Source: an uncultured Candidatus Saccharibacteria bacterium
GTDB lineage: Bacteria; Patescibacteriota; CAZHWT01
Reading direction: 5' to 3'
Assembly: GCA_964597145.1 (NCBI GenBank)
Contig: CAZQWH010000006.1
Span: 1 to 56,937 of the forward strand
Length of the DNA: 56,937 bases
The translations under genes were made by a program, and so were the position numbers. The notes beneath the pieces were generated by a model that was given only the letters and a program-made list of their open reading frames with translations, was not told the DNA's origin and ran no database searches. Below are positions 1-9,158 of this stretch, one piece after another (the stretch's first letter is position 1; each line of letters opens with the position of its first letter).

Positions 1-248
1 GGCCACTGGTTAACTTAGTCACTTTGCCTCAATTTTTACTCAGTGGCGTATTCTTCCCCACCGATAATTTCCCCAGCTGGGTGCAACCAATCGCCAATAA
101 TTTGCCCCTATCCTACTTTAATCAAGCCATGCGAGACATTGCCACCGAGGGCGCCCATCTAACCGCAGAATGGCCATATGTATTGGGGTTACTAGTCTGG
201 GGTGGAGCAATGTACCTCTTAGCCGCCCGAACTTTTAAGTGGGAATAG
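1..248 (+). CDS. ABC-2 type transporter permease, 3' part (starts upstream of window)
   Basis: Frame is open from position 3; FLLSGVFFP..P.WVQPIA..LPLSY motif of ABC-2 permeases. Confidence 0.85.
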   Translation, partial: PLVNLVTLPQFLLSGVFFPTDNFPSWVQPIANNLPLSYFNQAMRDIATEGAHLTAEWPYVLGLLVWGGAMYLLAARTFKWE

Positions 249-262
249 TGCAAGCTAAGCTT

Positions 263-329
<67 letters not shown>

Positions 330-419
330 GTGCTGGCGTCATAGCCTTCCCTTATTCTTATAAAACTTAATAGTAATATTTTTCCAGGCTATTTTCATTC
401 AATTATTGCGCAGTAATAA

Positions 420-448
420 TTGACTATAGGCTATAATTATGCTATAAT
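420..448 (+). promoter_or_regulatory. sigma70-type promoter TTGACT-N17-TATAAT with extended -10 TG
   Basis: TTGACT 420-425, TG 440-441, TATAAT 443-448. Confidence 0.75.
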
Positions 449-529
449 CTAAATATAAACGGTGGTGGTTTAGAACCTTGAAAACGTGTGTCGGCGATGA
501 GCCGACAACTGCTCAAAAAGGAGTGGATA

Positions 530-1639
530 ATGAGCACAGTAACCATTGATAATCTCCAAGCCGCTAAAAACGGCGACGAGTTAGTGCAGTTATTGGACAA
601 GGCGGGCATTGAGCTCTCTTTGGCCGACGACACACGCCTGGTTGCAGCAACGAAGGACAACTTCACCTCAAAGCGTCGGACGGTCGTCCGAACGATGAGG
701 TCGGCGAAATTCTTCAAAGCTGACGGATCAGTCGATGATGCCGTGGTGGCGCAGCCAGACAAGGTGAGCCAGTGGTTCACCAAACTTATGGCTGAATTGG
801 AACCTTTGGACAAATCTGCTGATAAGTCAGAAAAAACTGATGAATCAACAGAGGAGGATAGGCCCAACCGAGTCACCAAGTCGGCAAAATCCTGGGATAA
901 CTGGGTTCATGCCGCATTGGGGACTGGTATCTTAACGGAGATCGCAGCCGAGTTTGGCGCAAGTCGGATTGATGACGCGCTTTCGGGGCGCCACCGGGAT
1001 TCAATTCGGCTTCGAGATCCTGAGGGGACAGCTGATATGCTCGAGGCCGAGGCCCGAGTGGTGGGGCGTGCTTCAAAGTCGTTGACATCCCGCGTGATGT
1101 CAAGTCTTGGCACTGCCCTGCAGCTTGGGCTAATTGCACTAGCTGTGATCTCAGCTTTTGTGATTGGCTTCATAGTCTTCTGGCCAATTACCATTCCAAT
1201 GGTGATTTTGGGCTGGATGGGCTATCGAGGACTCGATCGTCGAGCACGTCGCAATATGTTGCGGTGGGTAGGCGAAGATCTGCCGACTGTCCTAAGGTTG
1301 TCAAGGGTAAAGTGGATTGAGTTCTGCGACCCCGATCAGCCGGAAAAATGGCAGAAGGTTTATAACCGAGCCATGGAACACCTCGACAGCAAGCTACCGT
1401 GGCACAATTCAAGGGAGGATCGCATTGATAACCTCCTATTCGAGTTGACGGCACGGATCAATCGTTATTACCACAAAGATGGATTGTCGGAAGCCGAGAA
1501 TTTGGCACGGGCCGCTAAGGTCATGGACGCACCAGATGCTCAGGTGCCTGAGGCAGTCTACCGAATAAATCTTGGCCAAAAGGACAGCGTCGGTTCATCC
1601 TTACTCAGTCGCTACCTGGAACACTTGAAAAGCGCCTAA
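530..1639 (+). CDS. Hypothetical membrane protein (two adjacent TM helices)
   Basis: Long ORF; AGGAG Shine-Dalgarno favours ATG 530 over 488. Confidence 0.75.
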   Translation: MSTVTIDNLQAAKNGDELVQLLDKAGIELSLADDTRLVAATKDNFTSKRRTVVRTMRSAKFFKADGSVDDAVVAQPDKVSQWFTKLMAELEPLDKSADKSEKTDESTEEDRPNRVTKSAKSWDNWVHAALGTGILTEIAAEFGASRIDDALSGRHRDSIRLRDPEGTADMLEAEARVVGRASKSLTSRVMSSLGTALQLGLIALAVISAFVIGFIVFWPITIPMVILGWMGYRGLDRRARRNMLRWVGEDLPTVLRLSRVKWIEFCDPDQPEKWQKVYNRAMEHLDSKLPWHNSREDRIDNLLFELTARINRYYHKDGLSEAENLARAAKVMDAPDAQVPEAVYRINLGQKDSVGSSLLSRYLEHLKSA

Positions 1640-1660
1640 TTGGCGCGTGGAGGTGGGAAC

Positions 1661-2530
1661 ATGTTCAAGAGTGGAAATCTTCTCAAGTTTGCTACCAAAT
1701 GGGGAGCAATCTACCTGGTTGCATCCTTTTTGGCCTGGTATGGCCTAGCAGTTTCAGAAAGTCAGGAGCTGATTGATCACGGAGTTGACCGCACCCATGG
1801 TCTTCTCTTGTGGTTGATGGACTTCTTCCATATGCTGCCAATCCCTGGCTTTGGCTGGATGGCAGGATTGCTCGCAGAGCAAATCCAAAGCCTTCCTCCC
1901 GACATCCCGGTCAAAAATGTACCAAACGTAGACGACTGGGCATTGTTTCGCGCCTGGGCAGTTTGGGCTGCATTAGCTCTGATTGTCTGGCTGATTATCG
2001 GGTTTTTCACGTTCGTAGCCCAATCCGTGGACGATGTGCAAGCGGGATGGCGAGGAACCATGCCTTCTCGGTTTGCAAACCGGGTGAGAGCTGCAACTGC
2101 AGCTACTGCGGCAGCCAGGCCAGCAGATAATGAGTGGTCTGAGCGAATTGCCAGACTCAAGCTCATTATTGCACCGCTGTGGTGGGTGTTCGTCATCGCG
2201 CCTATGATCGCGTTTGTATTGGTTCCCCAGGGTCTCAATATGTATGCGGGAGGTAGCTACACGGTGTGGCCAGTAGTGCTAGCCGGTGATCTGTGGCACG
2301 CTGCAAAAGTAGTATTCTCCACGACGGGAAAGATTTTCCTGTTAATCGTTGCAGTGGCTACTATCGCCATCCTTGGCCTAGGGGCAATGCAGGCCACCAT
2401 CCTGACAAGCCGCCGGAATGTTCCGGCAGGTACCGCATGGCGTGGTGTGGATACTGCATATGCGGCTTCAGTCTTCGGCGTGGAGACAGTCATGCTTTTG
2501 GGCATTCTGATCTTCATCATTGGACTGTAG
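1661..2530 (+). CDS. Hypothetical multi-pass membrane protein
   Basis: GGAGGTG Shine-Dalgarno before ATG 1661; about 6 hydrophobic segments. Confidence 0.75.
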   Translation: MFKSGNLLKFATKWGAIYLVASFLAWYGLAVSESQELIDHGVDRTHGLLLWLMDFFHMLPIPGFGWMAGLLAEQIQSLPPDIPVKNVPNVDDWALFRAWAVWAALALIVWLIIGFFTFVAQSVDDVQAGWRGTMPSRFANRVRAATAATAAARPADNEWSERIARLKLIIAPLWWVFVIAPMIAFVLVPQGLNMYAGGSYTVWPVVLAGDLWHAAKVVFSTTGKIFLLIVAVATIAILGLGAMQATILTSRRNVPAGTAWRGVDTAYAASVFGVETVMLLGILIFIIGL

Positions 2531-2572
2531 TCCCTAACAAAACGTAACTTGTTGAAAGGCAAGTTGCACACG

Positions 2573-2616
2573 AGCCGGTTTCATCCTTTGGGATGGGGCC
2601 GGCTTTCTTCTTTTTT
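2573..2616 (+). terminator. Intrinsic terminator
   Basis: AGCCGGTTTCATCC-TTTG-GGATGGGGCCGGCT stem followed by a T-rich tract. Confidence 0.8.
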
Positions 2617-2657
2617 AAAAATATATACTGACGATTTAAAATCATAGAGACTTGACA

Positions 2658-2734
2658 GTCATCGCGAGGCGAAGCCGTGGCGATCTTTTAAGGTTGGCGA
2701 AGATTGCTTCGGTTGCTTACTCCCTCGCAATGAC
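2658..2734. repeat. Inverted doublet of CGTC-type palindromes (family A, GTCATYGCGA..GCRATC)
   Basis: GTCATCGCGAGGCGAAGCCGTGGCGATC (2658-2685) and GATTGC..CTCGCAATGAC (2702-2734). Confidence 0.85.
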
Positions 2735-2799
2735 GCAACCTAAAACTTTTGCCCTTTGACTTTTTCTTTTTTAAAACTTGGCTGGTTAGAATGAGGAAG

Positions 2800-2869
2800 C
2801 GCTATTGTCAGAGCGATGACAATAGCGGCGAACTATTCGCAAGGCTTTATCTCTAAGAGATAAAGCCTT
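2800..2869. repeat. Three abutting perfect hairpins upstream of prfB
   Basis: 11-bp stem 2800-2827, 5-bp stem 2828-2840, 14-bp palindrome 2841-2869. Confidence 0.85.
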
Positions 2870-2883
2870 ATAATACCGAAGCA

Positions 2884-3966
2884 ATGGATCAATCTCACGC
2901 TCAATTTTCAGAATTACAAAATCGGCTTCAAGCGTTAGCCGATAAAATACTTACTCGTCAAAAAACCGACCGGATTAAGCAATTAGAACAACAAATGCTG
3001 GCGCCAGATTTTTGGGATAACTCAGATACTGCGGGAAAATTAAGTCAAGAATTAGGCGACCTAGTTAAAGACCGAGAGCAGATCGAGAGCCTGAAAGCGC
3101 GAATTGCCGATGCACTCGAGTTAGCCGTTTCTGATGATGTTGAGGTTATGGCTGGCGAGCTTGCAGCTGAGTCTCGGTCTCTAACCAAAGAATTAGACCA
3201 ACTCGAGCTCCAAACCTATTTATCTGGTCCTCACGATGCCTCGGGCGCCATAATTTCCCTCCACGCTGGCCAAGGCGGCACCGAAGCCATGGATTGGACC
3301 GAAATGCTGTTTCGGATGTATTTACGATACTGTGAAAAGCAAGGCTGGAAAACCGAGATGACCGAGCTGGTACGAGGTGAGGAAGCCGGCATTAAATCGG
3401 TAGTTTTAGAAGTGGAAGGCCGATTAGCGTACGGCTATCTTAAGCACGAGGCCGGGACACACCGCTTGGTTCGTCAATCACCATTTAATGCCGATAACCT
3501 CCGCCAAACCTCCTTTGCGTTAGTGGAAGTTATGCCCATGATTGAACAGGATGACGAGGTTAATATAAACCCCGATGATATTACCTTCGACGCCTTCCGC
3601 TCTGGTGGCGCTGGTGGCCAAAACGTCAATAAAGTCAATACCGCTGTGCGTATTACCCATAAACCTAGCGGAATTGTGGTAACTGCCTCTGGGGAGCGAT
3701 CCCAACTCAAAAACCGGGAATCAGCTATGAAGATTTTACGAGCCAAACTCTACCTTATCCAAGAGGAAGAACGACGCAAAACCGATGCAGCCCTAAAGGG
3801 TGAGTACGTTACTCCAGGCTGGGGCAATCAAATCCGTTCCTATGTCCTGCACCCCTATCAGATGGTTAAAGACCACCGCACCAATCACGAAACCAGCGAT
3901 ACCACCGGAGTGCTAGAAGGCGATTTGCAAGCTTTCATTGAAGCGGAAATGAAAAGAGCCGCATAA
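2884..3966 (+). CDS. prfB: Peptide chain release factor 2 (continuous ORF, no programmed frameshift)
   Basis: SPF tripeptide, GGQ motif, GGTEAMDW, WGNQIRSY. Confidence 0.97.
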   Translation: MDQSHAQFSELQNRLQALADKILTRQKTDRIKQLEQQMLAPDFWDNSDTAGKLSQELGDLVKDREQIESLKARIADALELAVSDDVEVMAGELAAESRSLTKELDQLELQTYLSGPHDASGAIISLHAGQGGTEAMDWTEMLFRMYLRYCEKQGWKTEMTELVRGEEAGIKSVVLEVEGRLAYGYLKHEAGTHRLVRQSPFNADNLRQTSFALVEVMPMIEQDDEVNINPDDITFDAFRSGGAGGQNVNKVNTAVRITHKPSGIVVTASGERSQLKNRESAMKILRAKLYLIQEEERRKTDAALKGEYVTPGWGNQIRSYVLHPYQMVKDHRTNHETSDTTGVLEGDLQAFIEAEMKRAA

Positions 3967-3981
3967 GCCGGTTATTTTCAG

Positions 3982-4499
3982 AGACTACAGACTGCAAGAC
4001 TTCAGGACTGCAGAATGATAAGAATGCAGCTTAATTTAGTGGTATCGCTCCTTGTTTGCCTTAATCAGACCGCGAAGTAATCGGCTTACAGAGGCAGTTT
4101 GATTGGAAATACTCATAAATTCTTCATTTTTGATATATTCTAAATCGCGACAAATCAACAACATATTTTGCACCTCTTTTAGTGAGCCTAGTGATATGTA
4201 AAGGAAATGGGTCATTTCCTTGGCTGATTGCCTGCCGTACCCTTCGGCAATATTGTTCGTAATAGACACAGCAGCCCGTTCCAGTTGATCAACAACATTA
4301 TACTTCTCTTTGTGCGGCAATTGATTCGTCGTTTTGTATACTTGGAGAACAAGCTTGTGTGCCTCTTGCCAGGCAATTAGATCCGTAAACGAGCTGATCT
4401 TTGCTATAGGAGTTGATTTAGCTTGCATGTGAGTATTTTACCCCTGATGTCAATTAATTCCATTATCCTACAGTCTCACAGTCTCTCGTCTTGCAGTCC
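3982..4499 (-). mobile_element. Putative four-helix-bundle element: gene flanked by inverted degenerate (A/G)GACTGCA octamer arrays
   Basis: AGACTAC/AGACTGCA/AGACTTCA/GGACTGCA at 3982-4012; CAGTCT, CAGTCT, TGCAGTCC at 4471-4499. Confidence 0.55.
4036..4428 (-). CDS. Four helix bundle protein (23S rRNA IVS / Avd-like family)
   Basis: FTDLIAWQ..QLERAAVSITNNIAEGYGR..GSLKEV signature. Confidence 0.92.
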   Translation of the reverse strand: MQAKSTPIAKISSFTDLIAWQEAHKLVLQVYKTTNQLPHKEKYNVVDQLERAAVSITNNIAEGYGRQSAKEMTHFLYISLGSLKEVQNMLLICRDLEYIKNEEFMSISNQTASVSRLLRGLIKANKERYH

Positions 4500-4519
4500 G
4501 CATAGACTTCGTCTTATGC

Positions 4520-4548
4520 TTGACCCCCGGGGTCAATTTTGCTACCTT
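4520..4548 (+). promoter_or_regulatory. Candidate ftsE promoter overlapped by palindrome TTGACCCC-C-GGGGTCAA
   Basis: TTGACC 4520-4525, N17, TACCTT 4543-4548 with TGn; palindrome 4520-4536. Confidence 0.45.
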
Positions 4549-4589
4549 TGAACAGAGCCATTTTTTGTTTAATCAGTGGCACTCTGCCC

Positions 4590-5273
4590 ATGATTCATTA
4601 CAAACACGTTTCTAAAGATTATCCCAACGGTACCCAAGCGCTTAAGGATGTTGATATCCATTTAACCGATGGAGAGTTCGCCTTCTTAATAGGCCCATCG
4701 GGTGCCGGTAAATCCACCCTATTCAAACTACTTCTCCGCGAAGATATTCCAACCCAGGGCGAAGTCTGGTTAAACGATCTAGAAGTGCATTCACTTAAAA
4801 ATCGCCAAATACCTCAATTACGCCGCCATATTGGCATGATTTTTCAAAACTTCCGCATTTTACCGCGCCTTACGGTGTGGGAAAATGTCGCCTTTGCTTT
4901 AGAAGTATCCGGCAAGCCCCGCCATGAAATTGAAAAAATTGTACCCTACATGCTCAAATTAGTTGGGCTTGAAGATAAAATGCAAAACTTTCCCCGGCAA
5001 CTCTCTGGGGGAGAGCTGCAACGAGTAGCTATTGCCCGAGCCCTAGTTCACGAGCCTACCGTCTTGTTGGCCGACGAGCCTACGGGCAACTTAGATCCAA
5101 CTACTTCATGGGAGATTGTCGAACTACTCAACAAAATTAATGGATGGGGGACGACGGTACTAATGGTTACCCATAATGCCGATATCGTGAACGCCATGAA
5201 AAAACGAGTGATTGTCCTCAATAAGGGGCGCGTAGTTAAAGACCAACCAGGAGGAAAGTACAGCTTACGCTAA
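4590..5273 (+). CDS. ftsE: Cell division ATP-binding protein FtsE
   Basis: GPSGAGKST, LSGGE, ADEPTGNLD; lies upstream of ftsX; start moved to MIHY. Confidence 0.93.
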   Translation: MIHYKHVSKDYPNGTQALKDVDIHLTDGEFAFLIGPSGAGKSTLFKLLLREDIPTQGEVWLNDLEVHSLKNRQIPQLRRHIGMIFQNFRILPRLTVWENVAFALEVSGKPRHEIEKIVPYMLKLVGLEDKMQNFPRQLSGGELQRVAIARALVHEPTVLLADEPTGNLDPTTSWEIVELLNKINGWGTTVLMVTHNADIVNAMKKRVIVLNKGRVVKDQPGGKYSLR

Positions 5274-5288
5274 GCTAAACACGCCAAT

Positions 5289-6191
5289 ATGCCACTCATG
5301 ACCACCCCTTCTCGAATTTTTCGTACAGCATTGCAGCGGATGCGCCGTAATGGTTGGCATACCGTAGCCGCTTTCGCCGTTATGACGCTTACTTTCTTCA
5401 TTTTGTCGTTATTTGTGCTAACTATCCTCGCTTCTAATAAAGTACTCCACTTCTTTGAGCAACAACCACAGGTCATTATTTATCTCAAAGACGATGTGAC
5501 TCAGCAGCGGATAGATGAGATCCGAAGTGCCCTAGAAGCTACTGGTAAAACCAAAACGATTGAATACACTTCTAAAGAGGAGGCTCTAGCCTTTTTTAAG
5601 GATGAAATGAAAGATAATCCAGTCCTACTCGAGAACGTGTCAGCCAATGTTCTACCTGCCTCATTAGAGGTTTCTCCCAGAAATCTCAAAGATTTATCGG
5701 GGCTAGTCAAGGTTGCTCAAGATCAAAAGTTTAAAGACTTTATTGAAGAAGTGAGCTATCAACGCGATATTACTGAGCGGCTAGCCAGCTGGACCTCAAC
5801 CGGCCGTCTAGTTGGGCTAGTCTTAGTAGTTTTCCTCGTTGTTGTATCCTTGCTGATCATGCTGGTCACGATTGGGGTAAATATTTCGGCCTACAAGGAA
5901 GAAATCGAAGTCATGCGCTTAGTAGGAGCCAGCAGCTGGTACATCCAAGGACCTTTTGTCTTAGAAGGCATTTTGTACGGTATTTTTGCTTCTATCTTCT
6001 CGGTCTTAGTCGTCTATATTAGCCTGCCTTGGGTAGCCTCTAAACTCCAGAGTTGGTTAACCGGAATTAATATTTTTCCAATCGAAGTCTTGCCGGTATT
6101 TGGTGGACTACTATTAGCCGAAATGCTTTTCGGTACACTTCTGGGAGTGGTTGGCTCTTGGTTAGCCATGCGTCGATCGCTTAAAGTATAA
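5289..6191 (+). CDS. ftsX: Cell division permease FtsX
   Basis: 4 TM helices, SKEEAL loop, EIEVMRLVGAS.WYI.GPF. Confidence 0.93.
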   Translation: MPLMTTPSRIFRTALQRMRRNGWHTVAAFAVMTLTFFILSLFVLTILASNKVLHFFEQQPQVIIYLKDDVTQQRIDEIRSALEATGKTKTIEYTSKEEALAFFKDEMKDNPVLLENVSANVLPASLEVSPRNLKDLSGLVKVAQDQKFKDFIEEVSYQRDITERLASWTSTGRLVGLVLVVFLVVVSLLIMLVTIGVNISAYKEEIEVMRLVGASSWYIQGPFVLEGILYGIFASIFSVLVVYISLPWVASKLQSWLTGINIFPIEVLPVFGGLLLAEMLFGTLLGVVGSWLAMRRSLKV

Positions 6192-6194
6192 AGG

Positions 6195-7394
6195 ATGTTT
6201 AACCATATGCGGTTTAAAGTTGCCTTTTTCATCATTTTAATAGCTGCCATTATCCTGCCTACAGTTGTTCCCATTATCCCTGCCCAAGCCAACATCCAGG
6301 ATTCTATTAACAGTGCCCTCGAAGAGAAACACCGGTTAGAGCAAGAACTCGACCAACAAAAAAATACCAGCCGAACGCTATCGGAGCAGCTAGCCTACAC
6401 AGAAAATCAGATTCGGTTAAACGAACTAGAGATCCAAGACACGCAGGGCCAAATCCAGTCAACCCAAAATTTGCTCGTCCAAACAAACAATGACATTCAA
6501 AGCGTTACCGATAAACTCAATGTCTTAGACGAAACCGTCAAACGGATGACCGAGGTTGCTGAATCGCGAATTCGCAATGCTTATAAAATGAGCCGCACCC
6601 CAGAGTTTGGGGTATTAATCCAAGCCGAAAACTTTACCGGGGTGCTAAAAACCTATCAATATATGAAAGAACTAGAAGCCGAGGACGCACGAATTTTGGG
6701 ACTAGTAAATCAAAACGTAAAAGAATACAGCGACCAAAAGGCAAATCTGGAAAAACTCAAGTCCGAAAAAGAAACCTTAAAAGCCCAATTAGAAGAGAGT
6801 AAGGCCCAAGCAGCCGTCCAACAGCAAGAGTTAGATATTGCCAGGGATAATAAGGATAAACTTTTAGCTGCCAGTCAGAATGATGAAGCCTACTATTCTA
6901 ATTTAATTAAAGAACAAGAGGCGCTTATAGCCTCATTAGCCAGTGCGGTAGTGGCACCAGGAGCCTCAAGCTTCTGGGTTAACCGCGGCGATATAATTGG
7001 AATTCAAGGTAGCTCAGGTTGCGCCACAGGTGACCATCTCCACTTTGGACTGAGGAAAGTAAATATGGGGACTTACCTGGGCGATAGTCGAGACCAAATA
7101 TCTACTGGTGGTTGGATTGACCCCATGCCGTACGTAGAAAATGGCACCCTAGGTAAGCCATTGGATAGTTACACCATATCGCAACCGTTTGGGTATACTG
7201 CTTGGGGCGGCTACGATTATGGGCCAAATGGACACCCCGCAACCGACATGTACAGCTATGTTGGCGCTCCAGTTAGAGCTGCCGAATCAGGAGTAGCTAC
7301 CAGGATGCAATCAATGTGTTGGGGGAGTTTAGGTAAAGGAGTAATTATTTCGCATCCAAATGGTTGGCAAACGTTGTATTGGCACCTCCGCTAG
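6195..7394 (+). CDS. Coiled-coil protein with M23-like peptidase domain (EnvC/CwlO position), apparently circularly permuted
   Basis: Signal/TM, long coiled coil, TGDHLHF, HPATD, YWHL; follows ftsEX. Confidence 0.85.
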   Translation: MFNHMRFKVAFFIILIAAIILPTVVPIIPAQANIQDSINSALEEKHRLEQELDQQKNTSRTLSEQLAYTENQIRLNELEIQDTQGQIQSTQNLLVQTNNDIQSVTDKLNVLDETVKRMTEVAESRIRNAYKMSRTPEFGVLIQAENFTGVLKTYQYMKELEAEDARILGLVNQNVKEYSDQKANLEKLKSEKETLKAQLEESKAQAAVQQQELDIARDNKDKLLAASQNDEAYYSNLIKEQEALIASLASAVVAPGASSFWVNRGDIIGIQGSSGCATGDHLHFGLRKVNMGTYLGDSRDQISTGGWIDPMPYVENGTLGKPLDSYTISQPFGYTAWGGYDYGPNGHPATDMYSYVGAPVRAAESGVATRMQSMCWGSLGKGVIISHPNGWQTLYWHLR

Positions 7395-7418
7395 GGTGCA
7401 TGTCCTACGATATAAGTC

Positions 7419-7829
7419 ATGAGTATTCGTCATTTTCTGTGGTGGTGGAGTCCAGTTTTGGTCTTGTGTACAGTCATTTTTTGCTTATCAGCGACCCCTA
7501 ACTTAAAAATCAGCGACGGTCCCTCAGATTACGTCTTGCGCAAAACTGCCCATATGGCAGTGTACGGCGTATTATTCTTAGCTAGCTATCGTGCCTTAAT
7601 TCAGAATAAGTATGCTCAGTGGAATCTCAAAACCGCAATTTGGGCTGGACTGTTAACAGTTGCCTACGCTATATCAGATGAGATTCACCAGCACTTCGTT
7701 CCAACCCGATCTGGGGTTTGGACCGATTTACTCTTTGATGCCGCCGGGGCGTGTATCGCCCTCGTCGGCTTAGCTTGGTGGGGATGGTGGAACAGAGTTT
7801 TGTCGGAGACAAACTCTGGTAGTGGGTAG
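7419..7829 (+). CDS. VanZ family membrane protein
   Basis: RKTAH..YG, YAISDEIHQ.FVP.R..D...D. Confidence 0.88.
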   Translation: MSIRHFLWWWSPVLVLCTVIFCLSATPNLKISDGPSDYVLRKTAHMAVYGVLFLASYRALIQNKYAQWNLKTAIWAGLLTVAYAISDEIHQHFVPTRSGVWTDLLFDAAGACIALVGLAWWGWWNRVLSETNSGSG

Positions 7830-7854
7830 GGTGCATGGGGGTTGGGTGTATTGC

Positions 7855-7930
7855 GTCATTGCGAGCGACAGCGCGGCAATCTTCTAGCCCCTAACAAGAT
7901 GGCCACGTCGTTACCACTCCTCGCCATGAC
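7855..7930. repeat. Inverted doublet of family-A CGTC palindromes
   Basis: GTCATTGCGAGCGACAGCGCGGCAATC (7855-7881); GATGGCC..CTCGCCATGAC (7898-7930). Confidence 0.85.
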
Positions 7931-8003
7931 GGGAAGGGTGCATTCCTGCGATCTCGCAATCTACCATTTTGACCAAAAGGCCAAAATGGTATAATTATCC
8001 CCG

Positions 8004-8444
8004 ATGAATAGCCCACAAGAAGAACTCTTAATTCATTCCCTGGATGATTTACAGACTTTTGCCAATACAATAGCCACCGAGCTCCAGGGAGGAGAGGTTA
8101 TTGCTTTACAAGGCGAGCTAGGAGCCGGTAAAACTACTTTGGCCAAATACATAGCGGCAGCCTTAGGAGTTACGCAGGAAGTATCCAGCCCAACCTTTGC
8201 CTTAGAGCGGCAATATCAAACCAATCAATCATTCACCTTGCATCACTTTGACTGGTATCGCTTAGAAAACTCTAAGGAGGTTGAGGAATTAGGGGTGAAG
8301 GAGTTATGTGGTCAGAAAAACACCATTTGTGTTATAGAATGGCCCCAACGAGGCGGTAAATTGCTTCCATCTGATACAATGTGGATATACATCGATTATG
8401 TTGATACACAAACCCGAAAAATTACTCTCCATCGTCGAAGCTAA
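8004..8444 (+). CDS. tsaE: t6A biosynthesis ATPase TsaE
   Basis: GELGAGKTT, VSSPTF, HFDWYRL, IEW. Confidence 0.95.
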   Translation: MNSPQEELLIHSLDDLQTFANTIATELQGGEVIALQGELGAGKTTLAKYIAAALGVTQEVSSPTFALERQYQTNQSFTLHHFDWYRLENSKEVEELGVKELCGQKNTICVIEWPQRGGKLLPSDTMWIYIDYVDTQTRKITLHRRS

Positions 8445-9057
8445 GGCTCGGTTATTGGCTGGTGGCGTTATTGTCTTTCCCACCGATACCGTTTGGGGCG
8501 TAGGCGCGCGTTGGAAAAGCCAAAAAGGTGTCGAGCGGTTATATGAGCTTAAAGGCCGAGAAGCTCAAAAACCGTTAGGTATTGTAGTAGCCGACGTGGA
8601 CCAATTGGAAGAATTAGACCTAGATTTTACCGCGTTAGCCCCACATCAGCACAAGAATATGGTCAAACTAATGAAAGAATTTTGGCCGGGTGGTTTAACA
8701 ATCGTCTTACCGTGGAAGGGCAAACCCAATTATTGTAAGTGGGATCGACCCACCTTAGGTGTGCGAATCCCTAATCATCCAGTAGCCAAAGAATTGCTGG
8801 CTCAAACTGGACCACTACTACAATCTTCGGCTAATTTTGCCGGCGGCCTACCCCCCAGCACTTACGAAGCTCTCGATCCCGACTTTACTCGGCATACTCA
8901 CGGTGTTTTAGCTGGAGAATCGGGTGGCGAAGCGGCTAGTACGGTAATCGATTTAACCGGTGGCGACGTCAACATCGTTCGCGTAGGTTGTGTCCCAGTC
9001 GCCGAAATTGAGCGGGTAATTGGTTCCTTAACCAGCTACACGACATTGCGGCAATAG
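8398..9057 (+). CDS. tsaC: L-threonylcarbamoyladenylate synthase (TsaC/YrdC domain)
   Basis: FPTDTVWG, K.R..KPL, FWPG.LT, SSAN, ASTVID. Confidence 0.9.
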   Translation: MLIHKPEKLLSIVEAKARLLAGGVIVFPTDTVWGVGARWKSQKGVERLYELKGREAQKPLGIVVADVDQLEELDLDFTALAPHQHKNMVKLMKEFWPGGLTIVLPWKGKPNYCKWDRPTLGVRIPNHPVAKELLAQTGPLLQSSANFAGGLPPSTYEALDPDFTRHTHGVLAGESGGEAASTVIDLTGGDVNIVRVGCVPVAEIERVIGSLTSYTTLRQ

Positions 9058-9065
9058 GGATCGCC

Positions 9066-9158
9066 TCAGTCTATAGTCTTTAAATACTTTTCGTTTTTAC
9101 TCGATTTAATAAATCCGTTTAGTAACTTCCCAACAACAGTTGTTTGCTGAGCGACTAA
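9066..9158 (-). pseudogene. 3' remnant of a four-helix-bundle gene
   Basis: Minus-strand translation LVAQQTTVVGKLLNGFIKSSKNEKYLKTID* resembles the last helix of 4036-4428 and 51543-51938. Confidence 0.65.

Noticed and set aside
2884..2990. Programmed +1 frameshift in prfB
   Set aside because: The ORF is continuous; there is no CTT-TGA site
4036..4428. Diversity-generating retroelement suggested by Avd-like proteins
   Set aside because: No reverse transcriptase, and no TR/VR pair with adenine-specific mismatches seen
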